DNA of 32,000 nucleotides from Longivirga aurantiaca (lineage in GTDB: Bacteria; Actinomycetota; Actinomycetes; S36-B12; CAIYMF01), in contig NZ_JBHSTI010000008.1 of the NCBI RefSeq assembly GCF_042660085.1, forward strand, positions 660,001 through 692,000, read 5' to 3'. Of the stretch, positions 24,661 to 32,000 are shown in pieces. Each line of letters opens with the position of its first letter. Within the stretch, counting starts at the first letter, position 1. Both the position numbers and the translations under genes were made by a program. The notes beneath the pieces were generated by a model. It saw nothing but the letters and a program-made list of their open reading frames with translations, ran no database searches and had not been told where the DNA came from.

Positions 24661-25983
24661 TCAGTCCTCGGTACATCGCGCGACGACGGCCATGCCGGCC
24701 GCGAGGGTCGAGCCCTCCTGGTCGTCGACGAGCAGGAAGGCGCCCGTACGACGGAGCCGCGAGTAGTCGTCCGCGGCGACCGGCTCGGCGAGCCGGAGGG
24801 TGATGCGTCCGATGTCGTTCAGCACCAGCGCCTGGTCGTACGGCGAGGCCTGCAGGGTCTCGAGGTCGAGGCGCGACACGACCGACTGCACCCGGGCCCG
24901 CACGGTGCGGGTGCCGTGGCGCAGCAGCACACGGTCGCCTGCGGCGATCGCACGCTCGGACAGCACGCAGACGTCGCCCTCGAGGTCCGGCGACGCCGTG
25001 GCGGCGTCGTCGGACGCGGCGATGAGGTCGCCGCGCGAGATGTCGACGTCGTCGGTGAGGCGCAGCGACACCGACTGCGGCGCGAACGCCTCGAGGAGAG
25101 GTCCGTCGAGCCCGTCGATGGCGGCCACGGTGGTGGTCCGCCCCGACGGCAGGACGACGACGGGATCTCCGACGCGCACGACCCCGTGCGCCACGCGGCC
25201 CGCATAGCCGCGGTGGTCGGGGTGCTCCTCGGTCTGAGGACGGATGACGTACTGGACCGGGAAGCGGAAGGGCTCTGCCGCAGGGTCCTCGCCGACCGGG
25301 ACGGCCTCGAGGTGCTGGAGCAGCGTCGGGCCGTCGTACCAGGGGGTGCGCCCCGAGCGGTCGACCACGTTGTCGCCCTGGAGCGCCGAGAGCGGGATGG
25401 CGACGACGTCCTGCACCCCGAGGGTGGCGGCCAGGGCGACGAACTCGTCGCGGATCGCGGTGAACACGGCCTCGTCGAAGCCGACGAGGTCCATCTTGTT
25501 CACCGCGAGCGCGACGTGCCGCACCCCGAGGAGTGCGGCGGCGGCGGCGTGCCGGCGGGTCTGCTCGACGACGCCGTGCCGCGCGTCGACGAGCACGAGC
25601 GCGAGCTCGGCGGTCGAGGCACCCGTGACCATGTTGCGCGTGTACTGCACGTGCCCCGGGGTGTCGGCGAGGATGAACGACCGCGTCGCCGTCGTGAAGT
25701 AGCGGTAGGCGACGTCGATCGTGATGCCCTGCTCGCGCTCGGCGCGGAGGCCGTCGGTGAGCAGCGCGAGGTCGGCGCCGTCGAAGCCCTTGGCCAGCGA
25801 CGCGCGCTCGACCGCGGCGAGGGTGTCGGCGAGCACCGACTTCGTGTCGTGCAGCAGCCGGCCGACGAGGGTCGACTTGCCGTCGTCGACCGAGCCGGCG
25901 GTGGCGAACCGCAGGAGCTCGTGCGGAGCGTCGCCGGCCCCGTGGCTGAGCAGGTCGGCCGCGTTCTCGTGGAGTGCGGTCAT
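24661..25983 (-). CDS. cysN: Sulfate adenylyltransferase subunit 1 (GTPase), without a fused APS-kinase domain
   Basis: ATG 25983. GTPase motifs GSVDDGKST, DTPGH and NKMD, and homology blocks LTDGLRAEREQGITIDVAYRYF. At 440 aa it has no C-terminal CysC domain. Confidence 0.9.
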   Translation of the reverse strand: MTALHENAADLLSHGAGDAPHELLRFATAGSVDDGKSTLVGRLLHDTKSVLADTLAAVERASLAKGFDGADLALLTDGLRAEREQGITIDVAYRYFTTATRSFILADTPGHVQYTRNMVTGASTAELALVLVDARHGVVEQTRRHAAAAALLGVRHVALAVNKMDLVGFDEAVFTAIRDEFVALAATLGVQDVVAIPLSALQGDNVVDRSGRTPWYDGPTLLQHLEAVPVGEDPAAEPFRFPVQYVIRPQTEEHPDHRGYAGRVAHGVVRVGDPVVVLPSGRTTTVAAIDGLDGPLLEAFAPQSVSLRLTDDVDISRGDLIAASDDAATASPDLEGDVCVLSERAIAAGDRVLLRHGTRTVRARVQSVVSRLDLETLQASPYDQALVLNDIGRITLRLAEPVAADDYSRLRRTGAFLLVDDQEGSTLAAGMAVVARCTED

Positions 25984-25985
25984 GG

Positions 25986-26897
25986 CTAGAAGTACCCCTC
26001 GCGCTTGCGGTCTTCCATGGCTGCCTCGGTGAGGCGGTCGTCGGCGCGGGTGGCGCCGCGCTCGGTGATGGTGCTGACGGCGACCTCGGCGATCACCTCG
26101 GCGACGCTGGACGCCGTCGAGTCGACCGCGCCCGTGCAGGACATGTCGCCGACCGTGCGGTAGCGGATCGTGCGGCGCTGCACGACCTCGTCGCCCTGGG
26201 GGCCGCCCCACCCGCCGGCGGTGAGCCACATGCCGTCGCGCAGGAACACGTCGCGCTCGTGCGCGTAGTAGATCGACGGCAGCTCGATGCCCTCGCGGAG
26301 CACGTACTCCCAGATGTCGACCTCGGTCCAGTTCGACAGCGGGAAGACGCGCACGTGCTCCCCGGCGCGGTGGCGGCCGTTGTAGAGGTCCCACAGCTCG
26401 GGGCGCTGGCGGCGCGGGTCCCACTGGCCGAACTCATCGCGCAGGGAGAACACGCGCTCCTTGGCGCGCGCCTTCTCCTCGTCGCGCCGCCCGCCGCCGA
26501 AGACGGAGTCGAACTTCCCGCCCTCGATCGCGTCGAGCAGCGGCACGGTCTGCAGGGGGTTGCGCGTGCCGTCCGGGCGCTCGCGCAGCTTCCCGTTGTC
26601 GATGTAGTCCTGCACCGACTGCACGATCAGGCGCACGCCGTAGCGCTCGACGGCCTCGTCGCGGAAGGCGATGACCTCGGGGAAGTTGTGGCCGGTGTCG
26701 ACGTGCAGCACCGGGAACGGCACCGCCGCGGGCGCGAACGCCTTCGCCGCGAGATGCAGCATCACGACCGAGTCCTTGCCGCCGCTGAACAGCAGCACCG
26801 GTCGCTCGAGCTCGCCCGCGACCTCGCGGATGATGTGCACCGCCTCGGCCTCGAGGGTGTCGAGCTGGCTGAGGCGGCGCGTCGACGTCGCGCTCAC
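25986..26897 (-). CDS. cysD: Sulfate adenylyltransferase subunit 2
   Basis: GTG 26897 (GTGA overlap with the cysH stop). The PP-loop LLFSGGKDS, VLHVDTGHNFPE and the C-terminal RAxDDR...MEDRKREGYF are diagnostic of CysD. Confidence 0.9.
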   Translation of the reverse strand: MSATSTRRLSQLDTLEAEAVHIIREVAGELERPVLLFSGGKDSVVMLHLAAKAFAPAAVPFPVLHVDTGHNFPEVIAFRDEAVERYGVRLIVQSVQDYIDNGKLRERPDGTRNPLQTVPLLDAIEGGKFDSVFGGGRRDEEKARAKERVFSLRDEFGQWDPRRQRPELWDLYNGRHRAGEHVRVFPLSNWTEVDIWEYVLREGIELPSIYYAHERDVFLRDGMWLTAGGWGGPQGDEVVQRRTIRYRTVGDMSCTGAVDSTASSVAEVIAEVAVSTITERGATRADDRLTEAAMEDRKREGYF

Positions 26898-27607
26898 GTG
26901 TGCAGCCCGCACTCGGTCTTGCCGGTGCCGCTCCAGCGGCCCGCGCGGGGGTCCTCGCCCTCGGCCACGGGCCGGGTGCACGGTGCGCAGCCGATCGACG
27001 CGTAGCCGATCTGGCGCAGCGGGTTCATGAGCACGCCGTTCGCCGCGGCGTACGCGTCGACGTCGTCCTGCGTCCAGGCGGCGAGCGGGTTGAGCTTCAC
27101 CTTGTCGCGGCGCGCATCCCAGCCCACGACGTCGATGTCCTTGCGGGTCGGGGCGTCCTCGCGGCGCATGCCCGTGACCCAGGCGTCGTACGGCGACAGC
27201 CCGCGCTCGAGCGGCTCGACCTTGCGGATCGCGCAGCACGCGTCGGGGTCGCGCGCGAACAGGTCCTCGCCGTGCAGGCGGGCCTGCTGCTCGATGCTCA
27301 GCAGCGGCAGGATCGTCTTCACGTGGATGTCGTAGACCGCGTCGACGGCGTCGCGCGTGCCGATCGTCTCCGGAAAGTGGTACCCCGTGTCGAGGAACAG
27401 GACGTCGACTCCGGGCGCGTCGACCGACGCGAGGTGCACGAGCACCTCGTCGCCCATCGAGCTCGCGACGACGAGGTTGTCGCCGAAGGTCTGGCGCGCC
27501 CAGCGCAGCGACACCTTCGCCTGCTCGACGACGTCGTCGCCGACCGCGGCGACCAGCGCGGCGCCGTCCTGCACCTGCGAGCGCAGCGTCTCGGTGGGAG
27601 CGGTCAT
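26894..27607 (-). CDS. cysH: Adenylyl-sulfate (APS)/PAPS reductase, iron-sulfur type
   Basis: ATG 27607 (ATGA overlap with the sulfite-reductase stop). LFLDTGYHFPET, the Cys pair CCAIRKVEPL plus CAPCT (the Fe-S cluster cysteines of APS-type enzymes), and the C-terminal ECGLH. Confidence 0.9.
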   Translation of the reverse strand: MTAPTETLRSQVQDGAALVAAVGDDVVEQAKVSLRWARQTFGDNLVVASSMGDEVLVHLASVDAPGVDVLFLDTGYHFPETIGTRDAVDAVYDIHVKTILPLLSIEQQARLHGEDLFARDPDACCAIRKVEPLERGLSPYDAWVTGMRREDAPTRKDIDVVGWDARRDKVKLNPLAAWTQDDVDAYAAANGVLMNPLRQIGYASIGCAPCTRPVAEGEDPRAGRWSGTGKTECGLHT

Positions 27608-29289
27608 GCCAGTGCCTCCTCGTCGGCACGGCGGGCCCACGAGCCGAACGACTCGTCGCCCTCGCGCTGCTCGGTGAAGCGGCCCACCACGCGCTCGACG
27701 TAGTCGGGCAGCTCGGCCGCGCTCACCTTGAGGCCGCGGGGCTTGCGGCCGAGACCGGCGTCGGGCCCGAGCTCGCCGCCGAGGTGCACCTGGAAGCCCT
27801 CGGCCTGGTTGCCGTCGGCGTCGGTGACGAGCATCCCCTTGAGGCCGATGTCGGCCACCTGGATGCGGGCGCACGAGTTGGGGCAGCCGTTCACGTGGAT
27901 CGACAGGGGCGAGTCGAAGGTGGGCAGCCGGTCCTCGAGCTGTGCGACGAGAGAGGCCGCGTTGCCCTTGGTCTCGACGATCGCGAGCTTGCAGAACTCG
28001 ATGCCGGTGCAGGCCATCGTGCCGCGGCGGAACTCGCTCGGGCGCACCTCGAGCCCGAGCTCGTGGAGCCCGGCAACGAGCGGCTCGACCTCGGCCTCGG
28101 GGACGTCGAGCACCACGAGCTTCTGCTGCGCGGTGAGGCGGATGCGTCCGGTCCCGTGCGCCTCGGCGAGGTCGGCGATGCGGTGCAGCACGGTGCCGCT
28201 GACGCGGCCGACCGTGGGTGCGGCGCCGACGTACGACAGGCCGTCCTGCTGCGGGTAGACGCCGACGTGGTCGCGGCGGCCCGGGTACGGCGCGGCAGCG
28301 GGCCCGTCGAGCAGCGTGCGCTTCAGGTACTGCGTCTCGATGACCTCGCGCACCTTCGCGGCGCCCCAGTCCGAGACGAGGAACTTCAGGCGGGCACGGG
28401 TGCGCAGTCGGCGGTAGCCGTAGTCGCGGAAGACCGAGATCACGGCCTCCCACACGTCGGCGACCTCCTCGAGCGGGACCCACACGCCGAGGCGCTGGGC
28501 GAGCAACGGGTTGGTCGAGAGCCCGCCGCCGACGTACACGTCGAACCCGGGGCCGTGCTCGGGGTGGACGACACCGATGAACGAGACGTCGTTGATCTCG
28601 TGCGCGACGTCCTGGCGCGGCGATCCCGAGACCGCCGACTTGAACTTGCGCGGGAGGTTCGAGAAGCGCGGGTCGCCGACGTACCGGCGCACGATCTCCT
28701 CGATCGCGGGGGTGCCGTCGATGATCTCGTCGGCCGCGACGCCGGCCACGGGGGAGCCGAGGACCACGCGAGGCGTGTCGCCGCACGCCTCGCTGGTGGT
28801 GAGGCCGACGCCCTCGAGCCGCTGCCAGATCGCGGGCACGTCCTCGATGCGCACCCAGTGCAGCTGCACGTTCTGGCGGTCGGTGATGTCGGCGGTGTCG
28901 CGTGCGTAGGTCTGCGACACGTCCGCGATGGCGCGCAGCTGCTCGGGGGAGAGGATGCCGCCGTCGCTGCGGATGCGGAGCATGAAGTACTCGTCGTCGA
29001 GCTCGTCCGGCTCGAGCGAGGCCGTCCTGCCGCCGTCGATCCCGGGCTTGCGCTGGGTGTAGAGCCCCCACCAGCGCATCCGCCCGCGCAGGTCGCTCGG
29101 GTCGATCGAGGCGAACCCGGCGTCGGCGTAGGTGCCCTCGATGCGGGCGCGCACGTTGAGGCCGTCGTCCTCGCGCTTGAACGTCTCGTTCGCGTTCAGG
29201 GGCGCGGTCTCGCCGAGGCCCCACTGGCCGTGACCGCCCTCGGGGCGGGCCTTCGGCGTACGGGCGGGTGCGGTGGGCTCAGGGGCCAC
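27604..29289 (-). CDS. sirA: Ferredoxin-dependent sulfite reductase (nitrite/sulfite reductase, sirohaem-[4Fe-4S])
   Basis: GTG 29289 with GAGGAG 6-7 nt upstream. The 561-aa product has MRWWGLYTQRKPG..YFMLRIR, the Cys cluster TMACTGIEFCKLA...VNGCPNSCAR, and duplicated NiR/SiR ferredoxin-like halves. Confidence 0.9.
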   Translation of the reverse strand: MAPEPTAPARTPKARPEGGHGQWGLGETAPLNANETFKREDDGLNVRARIEGTYADAGFASIDPSDLRGRMRWWGLYTQRKPGIDGGRTASLEPDELDDEYFMLRIRSDGGILSPEQLRAIADVSQTYARDTADITDRQNVQLHWVRIEDVPAIWQRLEGVGLTTSEACGDTPRVVLGSPVAGVAADEIIDGTPAIEEIVRRYVGDPRFSNLPRKFKSAVSGSPRQDVAHEINDVSFIGVVHPEHGPGFDVYVGGGLSTNPLLAQRLGVWVPLEEVADVWEAVISVFRDYGYRRLRTRARLKFLVSDWGAAKVREVIETQYLKRTLLDGPAAAPYPGRRDHVGVYPQQDGLSYVGAAPTVGRVSGTVLHRIADLAEAHGTGRIRLTAQQKLVVLDVPEAEVEPLVAGLHELGLEVRPSEFRRGTMACTGIEFCKLAIVETKGNAASLVAQLEDRLPTFDSPLSIHVNGCPNSCARIQVADIGLKGMLVTDADGNQAEGFQVHLGGELGPDAGLGRKPRGLKVSAAELPDYVERVVGRFTEQREGDESFGSWARRADEEALA

Positions 29290-29698
29290 GGGATCTCCTC
29301 GATGGGGACGAGGAGGACGTCGCGGAGCAGCAGGGGTCGGCGCGTCGTGGGAGGACGGCTACCCGGGCCCGGACGGCATCGCTCGTCCAGTGCCAGGGCA
29401 GGCGGGGACGGTCAGCCGACGGGCAGACACATCGCGCTGGCAACACGCATGTGGTCGACATGACGTCGAACCACGAGGGCGTTGTGCGCGGACATGGGAC
29501 CCACAGTGAGGGTCGCCTCACCTGCGATCAACTCCCGGACGGCTTCGTCTCGCACTCCGGACCGGTGCTGGCCGTCGGCGTCAGGTGCGAAGACTTCGCA
29601 GGACCGCAGCCAGGGTGTCCCGGGCGGCGAGCAGGTGTGAGGAGACCTTCCGTGCGGGCGGGTCCCGCACCCTCGACACGGGCGCTAGGTTCGCCGCC
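29290..29698. promoter_or_regulatory. 409-bp divergent intergenic/leader region between the sulfite-reductase operon and the aldehyde dehydrogenase gene
   Basis: No convincing long ORF. The central part (about 29430-29530) is visibly less G/C-rich. The region contains a 60-codon upstream ORF with five Cys codons overlapping the sirA start, and small hairpins at 29586-29600 and 29652-29670. Confidence 0.5.
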
Positions 29699-31153
29699 AT
29701 GAGCACTCCCACCATCCCCGGCATCGACGCCGGCACCGTCACCCCTGTCCCGATCGACGGCGAGCTCGTCGCCGGCACCGAGGCGATCGAGGTGCGCGCG
29801 CCGTACGACGGCACGCTGCTCGGCTCGGTCCCGGCCCTCGGCGCCGAGGAGGTCGACCGCGCGGTCGCCGCGGCGAAGAAGGCCCTGCACGAGAACCCGC
29901 TGCCTCAGTGGAAGCGGGCGGAGATCCTGGACAAGGCGGCGCTGCTGCTCGCCGAGCGCGAGGAGGAGTTCGCCCGCTGCATCGCGCTCGAGGCGGCCAA
30001 GCCGATCCGCACGGCGCGCGCCGAGGCGCAACGGGCGGTGTCGACGCTGCAGTTCTCCGCGGCGGTCGCGCGCACCCTCGCCGGCGAGGTCGTGCCGATG
30101 GAGGCGTCGGCCGCGGGCATGGGGAAGCTCGCGTTCATCCTGCGCGTGCCGGTGGGCGTGGTGGGGGCGATCGCGCCGTTCAACTTCCCGCTGAACCTCG
30201 TGGCCCACAAGCTCGGTCCGGCGATCGCGGCGGGCTGCCCGGTGGTGCTCAAGCCGGCGAGCCAGACGCCGTTCTCCTCGATCCTGCTGGCGCGGGTGCT
30301 GTTCGAGGCGGGCCTTCCCGCGGGCTACCTGCACGTGGTCACCGGCGGCGGATCCAAGGTCGGCAACCCGATCGTCGACCACGAGGACATCGCGCTCATC
30401 ACGTTCACGGGCTCGCCCGAGGTGGGCTGGGGCATCCGGGCCCGGGCGCCGCGCAAGCGGGTCGGGCTGGAGCTGGGCAACAACGCGCCGCTGATCCTGG
30501 AGGCGGACGGCGACTGGCGCACGGCGGTGGCGAAGGTGAAGGTCGCGGGGTTCAGCCACGCGGGGCAGTCGTGCATCTCCACCCAGCGCCTGTTCGTGCA
30601 CGAGTCGATCGCCGACGAGGTCGTGTCCGAGCTCGCGGCCGCGGTGAGGACGATCGTGGTGGGCGACCCGCTCGACGAGGCCACCGACGTGTCGGCGCTG
30701 ATCAACACCGGTGAGCGCGACCGCGTGGCCGGCTGGGTCAAGGAGGCGGCCGAGCAGGGCGCCACCGTGGCGGCGGGCGGGGAGATCGGCGCCGACGGCG
30801 TCCTGCTCCCCACGCTGGTCGACGGCGCGACTCCGGACATGAAGGTCTGCTCGCAGGAGGTCTTCGGCCCGGTCGTCGCCGTCATCCGGTACAGCGACTT
30901 CGACGACGCCCTGCGTCAGGCCAACGACACCCGCTACGGCCTGCAGGCCGGGGTGTTCACGTCGGACATCACCAAGGGCCTGCGCGCCGCGCGCACCCTG
31001 GACTTCGGCGGAGTCGTCATCAACGAGGTGCCGACCTTCCGCGCCGACCAGCAGCCCTACGGCGGCCTGCGCGACTCCGGCAACACCAAGGAGGGCCCGG
31101 CCTGGTCCGTCCGGGAGATGACCGAGGAACGCCTCATCATCCTCAACGGCTGA
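29699..31153 (+). CDS. NAD(P)+-dependent aldehyde dehydrogenase family protein
   Basis: ATG 29699 gives MSTPTIPGIDAGT. ALDH blocks are present: GVVGAIAPFNFPLNL, VVLKPASQTP, the catalytic Glu region ELGNNAP, the catalytic Cys region AGQSCIS, and EVFGPV. The 38 upstream track codons were rejected. Confidence 0.9.
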   Translation: MSTPTIPGIDAGTVTPVPIDGELVAGTEAIEVRAPYDGTLLGSVPALGAEEVDRAVAAAKKALHENPLPQWKRAEILDKAALLLAEREEEFARCIALEAAKPIRTARAEAQRAVSTLQFSAAVARTLAGEVVPMEASAAGMGKLAFILRVPVGVVGAIAPFNFPLNLVAHKLGPAIAAGCPVVLKPASQTPFSSILLARVLFEAGLPAGYLHVVTGGGSKVGNPIVDHEDIALITFTGSPEVGWGIRARAPRKRVGLELGNNAPLILEADGDWRTAVAKVKVAGFSHAGQSCISTQRLFVHESIADEVVSELAAAVRTIVVGDPLDEATDVSALINTGERDRVAGWVKEAAEQGATVAAGGEIGADGVLLPTLVDGATPDMKVCSQEVFGPVVAVIRYSDFDDALRQANDTRYGLQAGVFTSDITKGLRAARTLDFGGVVINEVPTFRADQQPYGGLRDSGNTKEGPAWSVREMTEERLIILNG

Positions 31154-31170
31154 GGCACCACCGAGCGCGT

Positions 31171-31207
31171 CGAAGGGCCGGCACCCGTCACGGGTGCCGG
31201 CCCTTCG
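31171..31207. terminator. Bidirectional intrinsic-terminator-like hairpin between convergent genes
   Basis: CGAAGGGCCGGCACCC, loop GTCAC, then GGGTGCCGGCCCTTCG: a 16-bp perfect G/C-rich stem with a 5-nt loop. It lies 18 nt after the ALDH stop and 29 nt after the nitroreductase stop on the other strand. There is no long T-tract, as is common in high-G+C actinobacteria. Confidence 0.7.
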
Positions 31208-31235
31208 CACGTCGGTGCGGGCACGGGCGGCGGGC

Positions 31236-31898
31236 TCAGGCGGCGGCGCTGCCGGCGTCCTCGCTGCCGAGGCCGTCGAAGGCCTGGCCGAAGCGGCCCG
31301 CGAATGCGAGCTCCTCGAGGCCGAGGCGGCTGCGTGCGGCACCCTCGCGGGCCCGGGCCCAGCCGGGGAGGCCCGCGGCATCGCCGAGACGGCCCACGGC
31401 GAGGACGGCGACGGGCCGGTAGCCCACGGGCACCTCGAACGCGTCGACCACGGCCTCGGCGTCGAAGCCGCCGATCTGGTGGACGTGCAGACCCAGCGAC
31501 TCCGCCTGCACCGTCAGCTGCGCGACGGCGAGGCCGAGCTCGTACGGCCCGACGGCGCGAGCGCTGCCGTCGTCCTCGACGACTCGGGTGAGCGCGGCAA
31601 CGAGCACCGGCGCGCGATGGGCCCAGGCCCGGTTCGGCGGGGCCAGCGTGCCGAGCAGCCCGGTGTGGGTCGCGTCCGGGCCGTCCTCGGTGGTGCGGCC
31701 GACGAGGAACCGCCACGGCTGGGCATTCATCGCGCTCGGCGCCCAGCGGGCAGCCTCGAGAAGGGACACGACCTCGGCGTCGGGAAGCGGAGCGGCGTCG
31801 AAGGCGCGCGGGCTCCACCGGTCGGCGACGAGCGGGTGCACCGCGGTGGCGCCGGTGCGTCCGTGCGCGGTTCCGGGTCGGGTGCTGGTCGTGCTCAC
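31236..31898 (-). CDS. Nitroreductase family (FMN-dependent) protein
   Basis: GTG 31898 with GGAGGG 5 nt upstream. The product has RWSPRAFDAAPLPDAEVVSLLEAARWAPSAMNAQPWRF, the classic nitroreductase N-terminal block, and is 220 aa. Confidence 0.8.
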   Translation of the reverse strand: MSTTSTRPGTAHGRTGATAVHPLVADRWSPRAFDAAPLPDAEVVSLLEAARWAPSAMNAQPWRFLVGRTTEDGPDATHTGLLGTLAPPNRAWAHRAPVLVAALTRVVEDDGSARAVGPYELGLAVAQLTVQAESLGLHVHQIGGFDAEAVVDAFEVPVGYRPVAVLAVGRLGDAAGLPGWARAREGAARSRLGLEELAFAGRFGQAFDGLGSEDAGSAAA

Positions 31899-31923
31899 GG
31901 TGCCCTCCAGGGTCTGTGATCTA

Positions 31924-31937
31924 GTTGAACGCTCAAC
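31924..31937. promoter_or_regulatory. Short inverted repeat GTTGA-ACGC-TCAAC in an A/T-richer patch upstream of the nitroreductase gene
   Basis: 5-bp arms with a 4-nt spacer, 26-39 nt upstream of the GTG start. The surrounding sequence TCTGTGATCTAGTTGAACGCTCAACAACTGG is unusually A/T-rich for this DNA. This is weak evidence. Confidence 0.2.
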
Positions 31938-32000
31938 AACTGGAGGCGTCGACGCATTCCCGCGGGTCGGCGGCGTGTCGGCGCGGCCGTTGCGGGGCTG

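Noticed and set aside
23635-25989. 784-aa plus-strand ORF antisense to the SsuA-like gene and cysN
   Set aside because: It is a shadow ORF. The opposite strand carries unmistakable CysN GTPase motifs and a lipoprotein SBP, and this translation is Arg/Gly/Val/Asp/Glu-rich without motifs.
29412-29495. 27-codon minus-strand ORF (MSAHNALVVRRHVDHMRVASAMCLPVG) in the sirA leader
   Set aside because: It has no SD, only moderate third-position G/C, a single Cys, and no recognisable feature. It competes with the overlapping 60-codon uORF, and I cannot support it as a gene.
29511-29647. Possible long-range pairing (GGTCGCCTCACCTGC with GCAGGTGTGAGGAGACC) enclosing small hairpins, considered as a riboswitch-like element
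   Set aside because: The pairing needs a mismatch and a 2-nt bulge. Complementarity at that level is expected by chance in 400 bp of G/C-rich DNA. I recognise no known riboswitch consensus, and the relevant strand is ambiguous.
29528-31381. 617-aa minus-strand ORF antisense to the aldehyde dehydrogenase gene
   Set aside because: The plus strand encodes a complete ALDH with catalytic Cys and Glu motifs. The antisense product is Arg/Ala/Gly/Asp-rich with no motifs.

Overview
The window looks like ordinary chromosomal DNA from a very high-G+C actinobacterium, judged by eye from codon third positions that are almost all G or C and from frequent GTG starts. I support about 30 protein-coding genes, most of them tightly packed or overlapping by 4 nt. 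From left to right they form six groups. (1) A partial HDAC-like gene and a translationally coupled DmpA-type (P1/S58) aminopeptidase plus CocE/NonD hydrolase pair. (2) An oxidative amine module: MFS transporter, Rieske oxygenase, divergent TetR, then a second paralogous Rieske oxygenase overlapping a sarcosine/N-methyl-amino-acid oxidase homologue. (3) A five-gene Opp/Dpp-type ABC importer whose binding protein has an unusual C-terminal membrane anchor. (4) Oligopeptidase B, a DUF3052-like gene, an orphan pterin-dependent aromatic amino-acid hydroxylase with a 71-aa membrane peptide, and a 301-aa coiled-coil protein of unknown function. (5) A roughly 9.4 kb minus-strand sulfur-assimilation and sirohaem operon: sulfite reductase, APS-type cysH, cysD, cysN, a sulfonate-type ABC importer, a cysG-like fusion and a sirB/CbiX chelatase. 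(6) An aldehyde dehydrogenase and a nitroreductase. I saw no rRNA, tRNA, CRISPR array, transposase, integrase, phage gene or recognisable defence gene. No multi-gene system here is clearly novel. The leads most worth following are a GC3-supported 52-codon ORF upstream of phhA encoding an acidic-leader, CxxxCxxxC-tail peptide; a Cys-codon-containing upstream ORF in the 409-bp leader of the sulfite-reductase operon; the twin Rieske plus flavin oxidase module with no reductase partner; tandem strand-specific hairpins at the operon end; and the uncharacterised coiled-coil protein with an internal Trp/Phe-rich duplication. All family assignments come from motif recognition by eye and no database search was run.
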